Shown here: positions 1-9,886 of the stretch, piece after piece
Position numbering within the stretch: the stretch's first letter is position 1
Layout: each line of letters begins with the position of its first letter
Notes under the pieces: model-generated
What the model was told of the DNA's origin: nothing
The model's database searches: none
What the model saw: only the letters and a program-made list of their open reading frames with translations
Source of the DNA: Prevotella sp.
Lineage (GTDB): Bacteria; Bacteroidota; Bacteroidia; Bacteroidales; Bacteroidaceae
Assembly: GCA_017449725.1 (NCBI GenBank)
Contig: JAFTFC010000001.1
Span: forward strand, 6,979-70,978
Direction of reading: 5' to 3'
Length of the DNA: 64,000 bases
Translations under genes and position numbers: made by a program

Positions 1-1587
1 TACCCGATTGAGATTCAGAACTACGGCGAGACGGTATACTACAAGGCTAATACGACGGTAGACCGCTCCGCAGGCACCGCAACGTGCGCGGTTCCGACAT
101 CTGTGTCGGAAACAGACGCAAACAAGGCGTTGGTACTACCAAAGGCAAATAATATAGCCAAAATTGGCGTGTACTTCACGACTAAAGTGTCTTCTACGGT
201 CTACTTGGTATTACATGACGAAAATAACAATGTGGTGCTTAAAAGCGCGAATAAGACGCTTACAGCAGGTTCTAATGAGTTGGTAGAGTTCGATATGCTG
301 CCGAATCCGGGTACGTCTCTCGCCGTAGACAACTTCCCACACGTAAAGAATCCATGGAGCGGCGATACGAGCGAGGCTGGTACGGTTTACCACCTACATA
401 TTGTGGCTAGTACCTCTGGCAATTATGTCAAGACGAACACGGCAAACAATATGAACCTCGGGCTTTACTTCACGATAAAGACTTATGTGCTAAACTGGAC
501 TCGCAACGGCAAACACCCTCTGACGACGTTCGATAGAGTGTACATCGGCAACGGTCAATACGTCTCTGTAAAAGAGGCAGCGCCGCCGGATTACCTTAAC
601 GATTCGATATTTATTCAAAATGCGTTCCGTGTAGACGACGGCTACGAGGTCTGCTCGTTCTGTATGACTGACGACTACCTCATTGTAGGTGCAGAGAAGT
701 TTAATATAGAGGGAGATAGACCGCAACAGGGCGGACGGCTCTATTTCTGGGACAGGTCAAGCGAATTGGCTTCGTTCACGGTGGACTGCCCGATGGGTTC
801 TCCGAGTTGTATGCACAACATGGGCGACATCGTGTACGTCGTGGTAGGTGGTGCATTATACGCATATACTGGCGGCAAAGAACTCGTCAAGGTGCGTACG
901 TTTAGAGGCACTGACACGGAGTTCTCCGGCTCGGCAACAGAGATTGTACAATACCCGAATATGATGGCTACGAGACGCGAAGTCATGATGATTGGCTACC
1001 CGTCATGGACTAACGCTACCTCTATAAAATATGGCATAAGGGCGTGGGGAGCGACCGACAAGAACTACCCGAACTGCTTTACGTATAATTACAGGATTCC
1101 GGGCGCTGCGGACGTATTCAACGACGACAAAAAGGGCTACGCTATATTCTGCGTGTATAATTTCGGCGATACGCTACTGTTCGCATACGGCATAGAGAAT
1201 AAGGCAGCCACTCCGTCTACATGGACTTACGGGCTGGCTTGCGTAGACAACAAGTGCGGAACAGAGACAAAGTTTTTCTGGGAATCGCTACAATACGACG
1301 CAGGTTCTCCGGCATACGAGAAGATGGCGTTGCGTGTGGGCATTTATTTCGACGCATTACCGACTGGCTGTACGATTACTCCAAAATATCGCATTGACGA
1401 CGGAGACTGGGTAGACGGCGCAGTTTCAGCAGGAGAGGGAGACCGCTACGTGCATTGTGAGGTCAACCAACGCTTCCACGAGATACAGGTAGGCTTTTCT
1501 GGCACGTCATTAAACGATTACAATACTCCAGCAATTAAACAAGTCGGTATGGAGATACGCATACTGAATGAGGAGGCAAAACTATAA
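1..1587 (+). CDS. 3' part of putative tail nozzle/tubular protein (full gene at 39640-41700)
   Basis: Identical to the C-terminal part of the 686-aa ORF; truncated by the window edge. Confidence 0.7.
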   Translation, partial: YPIEIQNYGETVYYKANTTVDRSAGTATCAVPTSVSETDANKALVLPKANNIAKIGVYFTTKVSSTVYLVLHDENNNVVLKSANKTLTAGSNELVEFDMLPNPGTSLAVDNFPHVKNPWSGDTSEAGTVYHLHIVASTSGNYVKTNTANNMNLGLYFTIKTYVLNWTRNGKHPLTTFDRVYIGNGQYVSVKEAAPPDYLNDSIFIQNAFRVDDGYEVCSFCMTDDYLIVGAEKFNIEGDRPQQGGRLYFWDRSSELASFTVDCPMGSPSCMHNMGDIVYVVVGGALYAYTGGKELVKVRTFRGTDTEFSGSATEIVQYPNMMATRREVMMIGYPSWTNATSIKYGIRAWGATDKNYPNCFTYNYRIPGAADVFNDDKKGYAIFCVYNFGDTLLFAYGIENKAATPSTWTYGLACVDNKCGTETKFFWESLQYDAGSPAYEKMALRVGIYFDALPTGCTITPKYRIDDGDWVDGAVSAGEGDRYVHCEVNQRFHEIQVGFSGTSLNDYNTPAIKQVGMEIRILNEEAKL

Positions 1588-1865
1588 TGGCAGGTTCTGA
1601 TTACTCCGCAAACTATGGCTACGACCCGCAGATTGCGGACGTGATACGCCCGCTAGGTCAAGGCACGGTCAAGAAGACCGAAAACGGATTTCGCACGGTT
1701 CAAAACGTAGAAGTAGGAGCCGGAGCAAAGCAAGATAGAGTAGATACATACAAACTTGCGACCGGTGTTTTAGTAGGTACGCAACAGGTGAAAGGTCAGA
1801 TTCAGGTAGTAGACTCAAACGGGCGCAAAGTGATGGTGATGGGCTACGGTAAAGATAAGTTCTAG
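1587..1865 (+). CDS. Small virion/tail protein (hypothetical)
   Basis: TAATG coupling to the upstream gene; lies in the structural operon. Confidence 0.65.
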   Translation: MAGSDYSANYGYDPQIADVIRPLGQGTVKKTENGFRTVQNVEVGAGAKQDRVDTYKLATGVLVGTQQVKGQIQVVDSNGRKVMVMGYGKDKF

Positions 1866-1873
1866 GAGGGAAT

Positions 1874-2926
1874 ATGGCAACTTTTATTCCGAACAAGTAC
1901 AACCCGAAAGAGCGGTCAAACTATGGTGTGCGAGTAGCGCGCCCGGGTTTTGACGCTTCAACTTGTGCGCAGAATCAGTTGCTTTTTAACTCCGGGTGGG
2001 CGATTATGCAGATAGCGGAAGTGGTAGATTTCAGGAATCAGCCGGCGCAATATCTCTATATTATGACGACAAACACCACGGTTTACGATTCAGCCACTGG
2101 AACGTACAATTTCTCGGAGGAATCGGAAGAAGTGTCGTCGGTGCCATCAGGCTATAACAGCGAAAATGATTTTGAGACCTCGTTTTTCCACGACGTTTTA
2201 GTGAATAAAAGGTACGTCCTCAAGTCCGCTGGTGCTACGTATCACATTTATTATTACCCAGTAGAGCAAACTACGGTCGGTACGGTGACTACGACTATCA
2301 GCAGACGATGTTCGAGGTACAGCGTGTATAAAAAAGCGCATGGGCTGGATTTTGTACCGTTTTTCGCCAAGAGCGAGTGGCTTTCAGGAGTAAGCAACTG
2401 CGTGTTATTATTCAATATAGACATCAGGCGCGACGTGGATTACCCATATACAGAGGAGGCGTTGCCGCTCATTTCAAAGACCGGAGACTACGGCATAAAA
2501 TCAGCGTCCATATTCGGCGAGAACGTACCCGGATTATGCTCGAATATGTTTAGCAAGTTAGTGCAGGCGGTCAAAACAGAGGAGACAGTGCAGGGAGACC
2601 GTGATATGGGCGGTGGCGATACAGACACGCGCGCAATATGGAGTCCGGTAAACACAGACGACCCAAACGAGGTGCCGGCGGGCGCTTTCCTCGACTACGA
2701 GATATATGCGTTCGTAGAGGACAAGTATTTCTCCGCTCCCGACGATGGCGGAGAGTATTACAGAGAGCAACCGGTGCAATATATGTCTGGTTCGTTCGGT
2801 GGCGCAGCAAAGGACGCGTGGGCGGTCACTACGTCGAGTTTTCAGTCCATTATGCAAGATAAGAACAGTCTAGTCGCACTACGTAAACCGATGGTGAGTC
2901 CATCGTATGAGGAGATTACGGTATGA
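1874..2926 (+). CDS. Putative tail-associated structural protein
   Basis: GGAGG RBS; beta-rich; NYG... and HGL.FVP motifs loosely shared with the next gene. Confidence 0.6.
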   Translation: MATFIPNKYNPKERSNYGVRVARPGFDASTCAQNQLLFNSGWAIMQIAEVVDFRNQPAQYLYIMTTNTTVYDSATGTYNFSEESEEVSSVPSGYNSENDFETSFFHDVLVNKRYVLKSAGATYHIYYYPVEQTTVGTVTTTISRRCSRYSVYKKAHGLDFVPFFAKSEWLSGVSNCVLLFNIDIRRDVDYPYTEEALPLISKTGDYGIKSASIFGENVPGLCSNMFSKLVQAVKTEETVQGDRDMGGGDTDTRAIWSPVNTDDPNEVPAGAFLDYEIYAFVEDKYFSAPDDGGEYYREQPVQYMSGSFGGAAKDAWAVTTSSFQSIMQDKNSLVALRKPMVSPSYEEITV

Positions 2927-3687
2927 GCAATTATGGATTCGCAACGTATGATTCAGAGACACAGAGAATACAGGGAATGGTAAACTCCAAGTTCCCGATA
3001 TTCGGACCCCGATATAACGACATTGACAAGGCTTTTCGCACGATTCATATTACAGACACGTACCAGTCCGGCTTTATCACGTCTCCAAACGTCCATTTAC
3101 CGCCGGCGCAAAGATACCAGACTATCGCAGACCAAGGCGTAAAGAGAATGCTTATCGCAACGATTCCGCACGGGTTCAAGCAACGTCCACTAGGCTATGT
3201 GACGTTTTCGGGGGCTTTCGTAAAGAATGTGCGGTGCCGGTGGGAGTATACCAACGCATACGATTACTACCAATACTACGCCCCGTCTACTAATCTGAAT
3301 AACACGACCACCACAAACATTGACGCTATATCTGACGCGTCTGGTACTATTATGGCTACCGCATATACCGGCGACTGGAGCGCTTTCGCCCAAAACTATT
3401 TCAGCGTATCATACCCAAGCCCAATAATTTATTTCGTAAGGCAGGCTGGCGTTGAGATTCCGGGCGGCAACCCATACGAGGTAGAGATTGACGACACCAA
3501 CGTCTATGTTTATCGCAACATATACTGGGTTGACTCGTACGTACGTGATTATTACTACTATTCAGAGGGGCAGAATCTGGAGTGGGATTTCAGGTCGCGG
3601 GCTAAAGGTGTAGTGGACTTCGCAGGGTCGTCGTTTGATATGACTCTGTATCTATGCCCATACACGATGGAGGAATTACTAACATGA
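2923..3687 (+). CDS. Putative tail-associated structural protein
   Basis: ATGA overlap; MSNYG and HGFKQRP motifs; Tyr/Thr-rich. Confidence 0.6.
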   Translation: MSNYGFATYDSETQRIQGMVNSKFPIFGPRYNDIDKAFRTIHITDTYQSGFITSPNVHLPPAQRYQTIADQGVKRMLIATIPHGFKQRPLGYVTFSGAFVKNVRCRWEYTNAYDYYQYYAPSTNLNNTTTTNIDAISDASGTIMATAYTGDWSAFAQNYFSVSYPSPIIYFVRQAGVEIPGGNPYEVEIDDTNVYVYRNIYWVDSYVRDYYYYSEGQNLEWDFRSRAKGVVDFAGSSFDMTLYLCPYTMEELLT

Positions 3688-4562
3688 ATAGCGCACAAGC
3701 AGAGGCAGAATGGAGATATTACCTAAACAACCCGCCACAAAAAGCGAGCAGTTATTATAACCAGTCTTTCGTAGACCGGATTAACGCTGCGCAGAACAAC
3801 CTAAATAACCTCGTAGCAGAGAAAGACAAGGCGTACTCTACGCAACAGCAGGCGTACAACGATTATGACACGTTCACCGGCAATATGCGCAGTTATAACG
3901 AGTATTATCAGGAAGCAGAAAACCAGTTTGGAGTCACGCAGGCTAAAGACGACTACGAATCCACCCAAAAAGCCCTCGCAATGACAGAAAGTATGCTCGA
4001 AGCGTTGCCGAGTTCTATTTCTGCGCGTTCTGGGCGCCGTCTGACGCAAGAACAGCGGAATCTGCAATATAATAGGCAGGCGGACGTTATAAACGCCACA
4101 CAGGGCGAATTATCGCGCGCTGCGAATACTTACGAGCAGGCATGGAAGACGGCGAGAGAGAATCAGGCAGCCAAAGCGACCGCCGGAATGGTGGCGCAGC
4201 AGACCGAACAGCAAGACCTCGCGAGCAAATGGACGACACAATTACAGGAATACTACAACAAACTCAACTCGTACAACAAATCGCAGTACGAATTGGCGGC
4301 AGAGCGCGCTGCATACTCGCAATGGCAGTTGCAACAGCGTCTACAAGCCTCGGCAATATGGGAACAGCAGTTGCAGGCGGCAGGAGAGCGGTACAGACAA
4401 ATACTCGCGACCGAGCAGGCGCAGAGACAAGCCAATGCACAACTCGAACGTCAAAAACGCGAATACGAAGCCGAGCAAGCACGTCTCAAAGCAAAAGACC
4501 GTCTGGCGCAAAGTCTCGTCAACCTGCACTGGGCGCAGCAAGGAGGTGTACGGGCGTGGTAA
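3684..4562 (+). CDS. Gln/Ala-rich coiled-coil putative internal virion (ejection) protein
   Basis: ATGA overlap at 3684 with GGAGG RBS; paralog of the next ORF (ALPSS..A.SGR.LTQ). Confidence 0.65.
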   Translation: MNSAQAEAEWRYYLNNPPQKASSYYNQSFVDRINAAQNNLNNLVAEKDKAYSTQQQAYNDYDTFTGNMRSYNEYYQEAENQFGVTQAKDDYESTQKALAMTESMLEALPSSISARSGRRLTQEQRNLQYNRQADVINATQGELSRAANTYEQAWKTARENQAAKATAGMVAQQTEQQDLASKWTTQLQEYYNKLNSYNKSQYELAAERAAYSQWQLQQRLQASAIWEQQLQAAGERYRQILATEQAQRQANAQLERQKREYEAEQARLKAKDRLAQSLVNLHWAQQGGVRAW

Positions 4563-4651
4563 AGTATTTATGTTTTTCATTAAATGTGGTATTATAATAA
4601 ATAAGACAACTGCTGAAAGGCACCCAGCCGGCAGATAAGAAAGGAAAAACA

Positions 4652-5650
4652 ATGGCAGCAAGCAGTTATGATTCAGTTTGGAGAAGTCAGCCGGTTTCAG
4701 ACTGGAACCCGAACGACGCCTCTACTGGTCACGATTTCTTGAATCAAATCGACACGCAAAAAGGCAACGTTGCTAATGCCGAAAATATCTACAAACAGCA
4801 AGCGGGTCAGGTAGCGGATTCGAGGAACACATATAACGACCTATTCAACAACAGAACCTCGTACAACGATATGTACAACGAGGCTAGACAAACCGCCGGC
4901 GTAGACGACGCAAAGGCGCAATATCAGAAGTCACTCGCAGCAGTCAATGGCGTACAAAGCGCAATGACGGCTCTCCCGAGTTCAGTAAACGCTAACTCTG
5001 GGCGGGCATTAACCCAAGCGCAGGCTCAAGCGGCGATGGCTAACAATATGAATGAGTACAACTCTACTCTCCAATACTGGCAGAACCAGAACGCCGGAGA
5101 CCAGAATATGTACCAGACCGCATTATCAGAAGCGCAGAACCTCGCAGGACAGAACTTATCAGAGCAACAATACAACATCAACACCGCGCTTACAAACTAC
5201 CAAGCGCAGATGGACGCAGCGCAAAAAGCATACGACCAGATTATCAACGAGCGCAACATATTGCGTACTATCTACGGTCAGATGTTCGACGACGAATACA
5301 ACCATAGGGCGCAAGAAATCGAAGCGTGGGCGAATCAAGTACAAGCCGAAACTACCAGATACGTACAAGACCAAGAGAACGCGAGAAACGCAGCGCAGGT
5401 CGCAGCGCAGAACGCGTGGACTTCATACCTCAAACAGAAAGACGAAGCAGAGAAACAGGCTAAACTTAACACTGTCAAGAAGAACGACTTTATCGACTCG
5501 TACGGCAATATACGTTATACCGATAGCAGGGGCAATCAGCAGACCTCTTATGTGAACCCTACCACCTATACCGACGCTAACGGCACGAGAGTAAACGCGT
5601 ACGTGGCTTCTCCTGAACAGTTGGCTCAAATGATGTACGGAGGAAGATAA
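4652..5650 (+). CDS. Gln/Asn/Ala-rich coiled-coil putative ejection protein
   Basis: AGAAAGGA RBS; paralog of the preceding ORF. Confidence 0.65.
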   Translation: MAASSYDSVWRSQPVSDWNPNDASTGHDFLNQIDTQKGNVANAENIYKQQAGQVADSRNTYNDLFNNRTSYNDMYNEARQTAGVDDAKAQYQKSLAAVNGVQSAMTALPSSVNANSGRALTQAQAQAAMANNMNEYNSTLQYWQNQNAGDQNMYQTALSEAQNLAGQNLSEQQYNINTALTNYQAQMDAAQKAYDQIINERNILRTIYGQMFDDEYNHRAQEIEAWANQVQAETTRYVQDQENARNAAQVAAQNAWTSYLKQKDEAEKQAKLNTVKKNDFIDSYGNIRYTDSRGNQQTSYVNPTTYTDANGTRVNAYVASPEQLAQMMYGGR

Positions 5651-5651
5651 A

Positions 5652-7112
5652 ATGGGATTTCTGCTCGGTAAAACTGGTGCTGACTACTTAAAAGAGTACG
5701 ACAAAGCCTACAAAGACACGCGACAGGCGCAAGCGGAGGCTGCCGCCGATTATTACGACACTCGCGACCTCTATAACGCGAATAAGGACTACTTTACGTC
5801 TATGGGAATCGAAGACCCAACCGCGTCATACTGGGGAAATAACGGGCAGAGAACCAACGCTTTAGAAGACACCATGTCGTCATGCCAAAAAGCCCTCTCT
5901 GATTTATCAGACGAGCGCGCAAAGGTAGCAAAGCAACAGAAGTACAACATCTACGGAGACGGTTTACTACCGTCGCTATTCGCATTAAACTCGTTCCACC
6001 AAGGCGGTACGGCACTACAAGACCTTGTCACCTCTGGTACGTCAAAGTGGGATTCCGGAGAGCGCGACGCTCTCTCTGATATAGGTGCGCTCGGAAACGC
6101 TGCCGTCACGACTGCCGCCTATGCAACTGGAATCGGTGGACTTGCGAAAGGTGCGGCTGGTGCTGCGGCTGGGAACGTGGCTAAAAAGGCTGCGACAAGC
6201 GCAGGACAGGCGTTTTTGCAAGGTGCAAAGGCTCCTGCGTTATATGGCGCGGTAGGTTCATTATCAAACTATCTACAAACCAATGGGCAAGACTCAAATA
6301 TCGGCGGAGCGCTCGGAACTACGGCTCTCGGCGCTGGAATCGGTGGCTTGCTCGGTGGTACAGTCGGCGCGGCTGGCTACGGCATAAACAAACTAAAATC
6401 AAACGCTATCGCTGGCAATGCTGACGCGGCGCAGGCTGCGAATTACCTCAAACAGGCGCAAGATAAGGTCGGTGAATACCAAAAAGCCATGGCTGACGCT
6501 TCCAATCTAGGACTAGATACTACTTCAGAACAAGCGCTCAAAAATACATATAGGGAGTTGTCGCGAGCAAATCACCCGGACAAAGTGCAGGGAATAGCAG
6601 GTCTGCTCCCAGCGAACGCTAGCGAAGCAACTGTTTCGCCATACACAGAAGCAGTCACTAAAGGCACTGGAAAGGGGAATCTAATGTTCAGTGATATAGT
6701 GACACCAGAGGCGCAGGCGATAAACAATTCGGCACTCGAAGCGGCAGAAAAAGCCGCTGCAGAAAAGTTTAAGCCAGTGAGTGACGCATACAACACCTTA
6801 CATGGCAACATCGGTACGCTAGACTTACTGAAAGGCGACGTAAAAGCGTATCAGGGCGCGCTCAAGAATATCACAAACCGCGCTACACGCGAATATATCG
6901 GCAATAAACTAGGCTCTACCGCCATCGGAAAGGTCGGAAAGACCGCTGGCAAGTTATTATCTACCAAGACCGGTAAAATAGCGGCTACGGCAGGCGGTGC
7001 GGCGGCTATCGCAAAACTGATTCCGAACGGAGAGAATAAAGTCGACTACGACAACCTGACCGACGAAGAATGGCAACAGATTATAAATTATTATAATAAT
7101 GGAGGACAATAA
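5652..7112 (+). CDS. Putative ejection protein with Gly/Ala hydrophobic segments and an internal J-domain
   Basis: Glycine-zipper-like segments; LGL...LKNTYRELSRANHPDK...AEKFKPVSDAYNTL. Confidence 0.65.
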   Translation: MGFLLGKTGADYLKEYDKAYKDTRQAQAEAAADYYDTRDLYNANKDYFTSMGIEDPTASYWGNNGQRTNALEDTMSSCQKALSDLSDERAKVAKQQKYNIYGDGLLPSLFALNSFHQGGTALQDLVTSGTSKWDSGERDALSDIGALGNAAVTTAAYATGIGGLAKGAAGAAAGNVAKKAATSAGQAFLQGAKAPALYGAVGSLSNYLQTNGQDSNIGGALGTTALGAGIGGLLGGTVGAAGYGINKLKSNAIAGNADAAQAANYLKQAQDKVGEYQKAMADASNLGLDTTSEQALKNTYRELSRANHPDKVQGIAGLLPANASEATVSPYTEAVTKGTGKGNLMFSDIVTPEAQAINNSALEAAEKAAAEKFKPVSDAYNTLHGNIGTLDLLKGDVKAYQGALKNITNRATREYIGNKLGSTAIGKVGKTAGKLLSTKTGKIAATAGGAAAIAKLIPNGENKVDYDNLTDEEWQQIINYYNNGGQ

Positions 7113-7114
7113 AA

Positions 7115-9877
7115 ATGAATAACTTACCTGCTCTACTCGGAAGCGCAGCAACTCGTGGATTAACCACGACTGGTGCTAACGCGCTTGCGAACGCAGCGGC
7201 TACGAGTTTAAGTATACCGCTCATATCAAAACTAGCGAATCCATCGGCTATTTCTACCGCCGCAGGGAACGCTATTGCTAACGCTGGCGCACAACGTGGC
7301 TCTATTGCGCTATCTCAATTATTGCCTACCAAGTCCGGCTCTGCCGTAGACGGTGTGATTAACCGCAATGCTGGTATTGTCCTCCCCAGTGCGAAAACTC
7401 CGTCATTTAGCGACGTGCTGGGCGAAAAATCCCTCGGTACTTACGGTGATATTACCGGACTGCTAGAAGCGGCTCAAGAAGACGCTACACGTGCTGGCGG
7501 TTCTCTCGCGAAGAATACTAGCAAAGGTCTAAAACAACTCAAAAAAGACGTTATTGCCGACGCTGCAATGAATCGGTCGGAACTCATGGCTGGCACTGCT
7601 GGCGGGGCTACGTCATGGTCTGACTTACCGAAACTCAAAACCTCCGAGATTAAAAGCCTTATCGGTGAATCTGGTGCGGACGTTCGACCATCTCTACGTG
7701 GTAAACTATCAGAGGTAAACGGACGTTCAATCGGCGACCCTGCGTGGGGCGAGACATTTCCTGATATGACGCTAGACCGTACCGGCGGTGGATTCCAAGG
7801 CGATATTAACGATATACTAGACAGGTACGATACCGCATACGAAGCGAGACACGCTGGCTCTGACTTTACAGACGATAATATCGCTAGATTCTTACAACTC
7901 AACCCAGAAGAAGACGCAAAATATTCGCAACTCGTTGCCGACGTGGTAAACGGCAAGCAGGAGATTCCGATTAACCAATTACTAGGAAAAGGGCAGTCTA
8001 TTCCGGTACGAACCAATGCAGAAGTTAGCGGAGTGACTGCTACGGAGCCTATGGTAAACGCGACAACGCCTGCCACGGACGCACAGGCGGTGTCTAACGC
8101 GACAAAATCTACCTCTCCAATCGCTCCAACTCGCGGAGGCGGTCTGAATGAGGCTCAAGATAATGTCGCCGAGGCGTTTAATCTCTCCGGCGCTGGTGCT
8201 GGACAGGGTGGCGGTGGTGGTAGAATCACCGTCGGCTCGACAGCCTCGCCGGAGGATTACGGCTTCAACCAACCACTAGAGAACGCAGACGGGCAGAAAG
8301 TTATTAAGATTCAAAGCAAAGTCGGCAAATCCACATGGAAGCAAAAGAGCGCAGACTTCGATACTCGCAACTGGCTAGACAGCATGAACGCTACTAGGGC
8401 GCAATATCAGGACGTATTCGCAGATAAAAGCGGTTCGGTCGGCGGTTATTACAAAAATGCCGCAGAACGTGGCTTGAGGAACGGTTTACAGCGCTCAAAC
8501 TTCAAAGAGTCAGTGCAGGCTATGCTAGACGCTCGCATGGACATCGTAAACAGGGCGGAAGCGTTAGCAGCGGACAACGGATTGACCGTGGCGTTGCCAG
8601 ACATCGAACTTACGCCGGCAGAAGCCCAGAGCCTCATGTCAAACGGCGTGAACCTCGACATGGCATTGCAGGAGGGCAGGCTTACCCCTCCAGACGCAGA
8701 GGAATTACATCGCCTATTACAGAGGCAGAGTGTCAGACTGCGCGATTCTTCAGACGCGGCAGCGCAAGAGCGTGGGCTTGCACTTAAAAACGCAGCCAAA
8801 AAACTATCTGATTCTATCGACAAGACCATGGACACCCTCGGATTGAATTATAAAGACGAGTTCTTAAAGAATACCGGTGCTATCGGGGAAGATATGCAGT
8901 ATCTCAACAGCATTGCGAGCAACGGGAAAGACCTCAAGTTCTCCGAGGTACGTCGCGATATGTCAGACCTCATGTCATTAAAGAACCTCGAGACAAACAA
9001 AATGAAAGCCGGCAAGACATTTAATATCGCAGGCGTAGATACAGGAGTGCCAAATCCTCTAGGAACGGCTACGGAAAAATTGAAAAGCAAGTTCTACCAA
9101 AAAGCAGCGCAGGCAGAAGTCAAACTCGGCGGAGCAGGTGGCGGAACTGGCGGTGGAACTACCGGTGGCGGTGGCTACGTGTTCGATAATGGCTCGCGGA
9201 GTAGTCTATCTGGCTTGCTCGGCAATGCGAAGAAGATTGCACCTTATGCAGTAGGTGCTGGAATTGGTCTCATGATGGGAGGAAACCGCGGTGGTGGTGA
9301 TTCAGACATCGAAGCGCAGAATACGTCAATGCTAGGCGGGAATACTGCTCAACCTACACAAGAAACGGTCTCTGACCCATATGGTGAGGTGACAATCGGT
9401 GGTTATACTTACGCAGAACTCGAAGACGGCTACTTTAACGCTATGGCAGCCGGTGATACGAACGCAGCGAAACAAATCGCCTCTCTGATGGACGTATTAG
9501 AGGGTAGAGTTAGCCGTATATCAGAGGCACAGGAAAAGTCTAAAGAATCCTCAACCATGAGTGCCGGTATGAACGTACTTAACCAACTCTACGCTCTCTA
9601 CAAAAAGGCTGGAGGCTCGCAGGGAATCATTGGCGGTACATTTACTGGTGCCATGAATAATATCACTGGTGGCGCATACAATACCGACGTGGCTACTTAC
9701 GACCAAACACGCGCACTTACATCGTCATTGCTTGCAAGGGCGCTCGGTGAAAAGGGTACGCTCTCTGATACAGACCGAAAGTACATCAACGACAACTTGC
9801 CGAAGATGACGGACGACCCAGCCGTGGCAGAGAAGAAGTTTAACGCAATTTATCAGTTGCTCGAGGCAGCACAGTAA
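7115..9877 (+). CDS. Large Ala/Gly-rich putative DNA ejection/internal virion protein
   Basis: 920 aa, helical low-complexity composition, position after tail genes as in podoviruses. Confidence 0.6.
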   Translation: MNNLPALLGSAATRGLTTTGANALANAAATSLSIPLISKLANPSAISTAAGNAIANAGAQRGSIALSQLLPTKSGSAVDGVINRNAGIVLPSAKTPSFSDVLGEKSLGTYGDITGLLEAAQEDATRAGGSLAKNTSKGLKQLKKDVIADAAMNRSELMAGTAGGATSWSDLPKLKTSEIKSLIGESGADVRPSLRGKLSEVNGRSIGDPAWGETFPDMTLDRTGGGFQGDINDILDRYDTAYEARHAGSDFTDDNIARFLQLNPEEDAKYSQLVADVVNGKQEIPINQLLGKGQSIPVRTNAEVSGVTATEPMVNATTPATDAQAVSNATKSTSPIAPTRGGGLNEAQDNVAEAFNLSGAGAGQGGGGGRITVGSTASPEDYGFNQPLENADGQKVIKIQSKVGKSTWKQKSADFDTRNWLDSMNATRAQYQDVFADKSGSVGGYYKNAAERGLRNGLQRSNFKESVQAMLDARMDIVNRAEALAADNGLTVALPDIELTPAEAQSLMSNGVNLDMALQEGRLTPPDAEELHRLLQRQSVRLRDSSDAAAQERGLALKNAAKKLSDSIDKTMDTLGLNYKDEFLKNTGAIGEDMQYLNSIASNGKDLKFSEVRRDMSDLMSLKNLETNKMKAGKTFNIAGVDTGVPNPLGTATEKLKSKFYQKAAQAEVKLGGAGGGTGGGTTGGGGYVFDNGSRSSLSGLLGNAKKIAPYAVGAGIGLMMGGNRGGGDSDIEAQNTSMLGGNTAQPTQETVSDPYGEVTIGGYTYAELEDGYFNAMAAGDTNAAKQIASLMDVLEGRVSRISEAQEKSKESSTMSAGMNVLNQLYALYKKAGGSQGIIGGTFTGAMNNITGGAYNTDVATYDQTRALTSSLLARALGEKGTLSDTDRKYINDNLPKMTDDPAVAEKKFNAIYQLLEAAQ

Positions 9878-9886
9878 GGAGGCTCA

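Noticed and set aside
103-1587. 494-aa ORF as an independent gene
   Set aside because: Window-edge truncation of the 686-aa gene seen intact at 39640-41700
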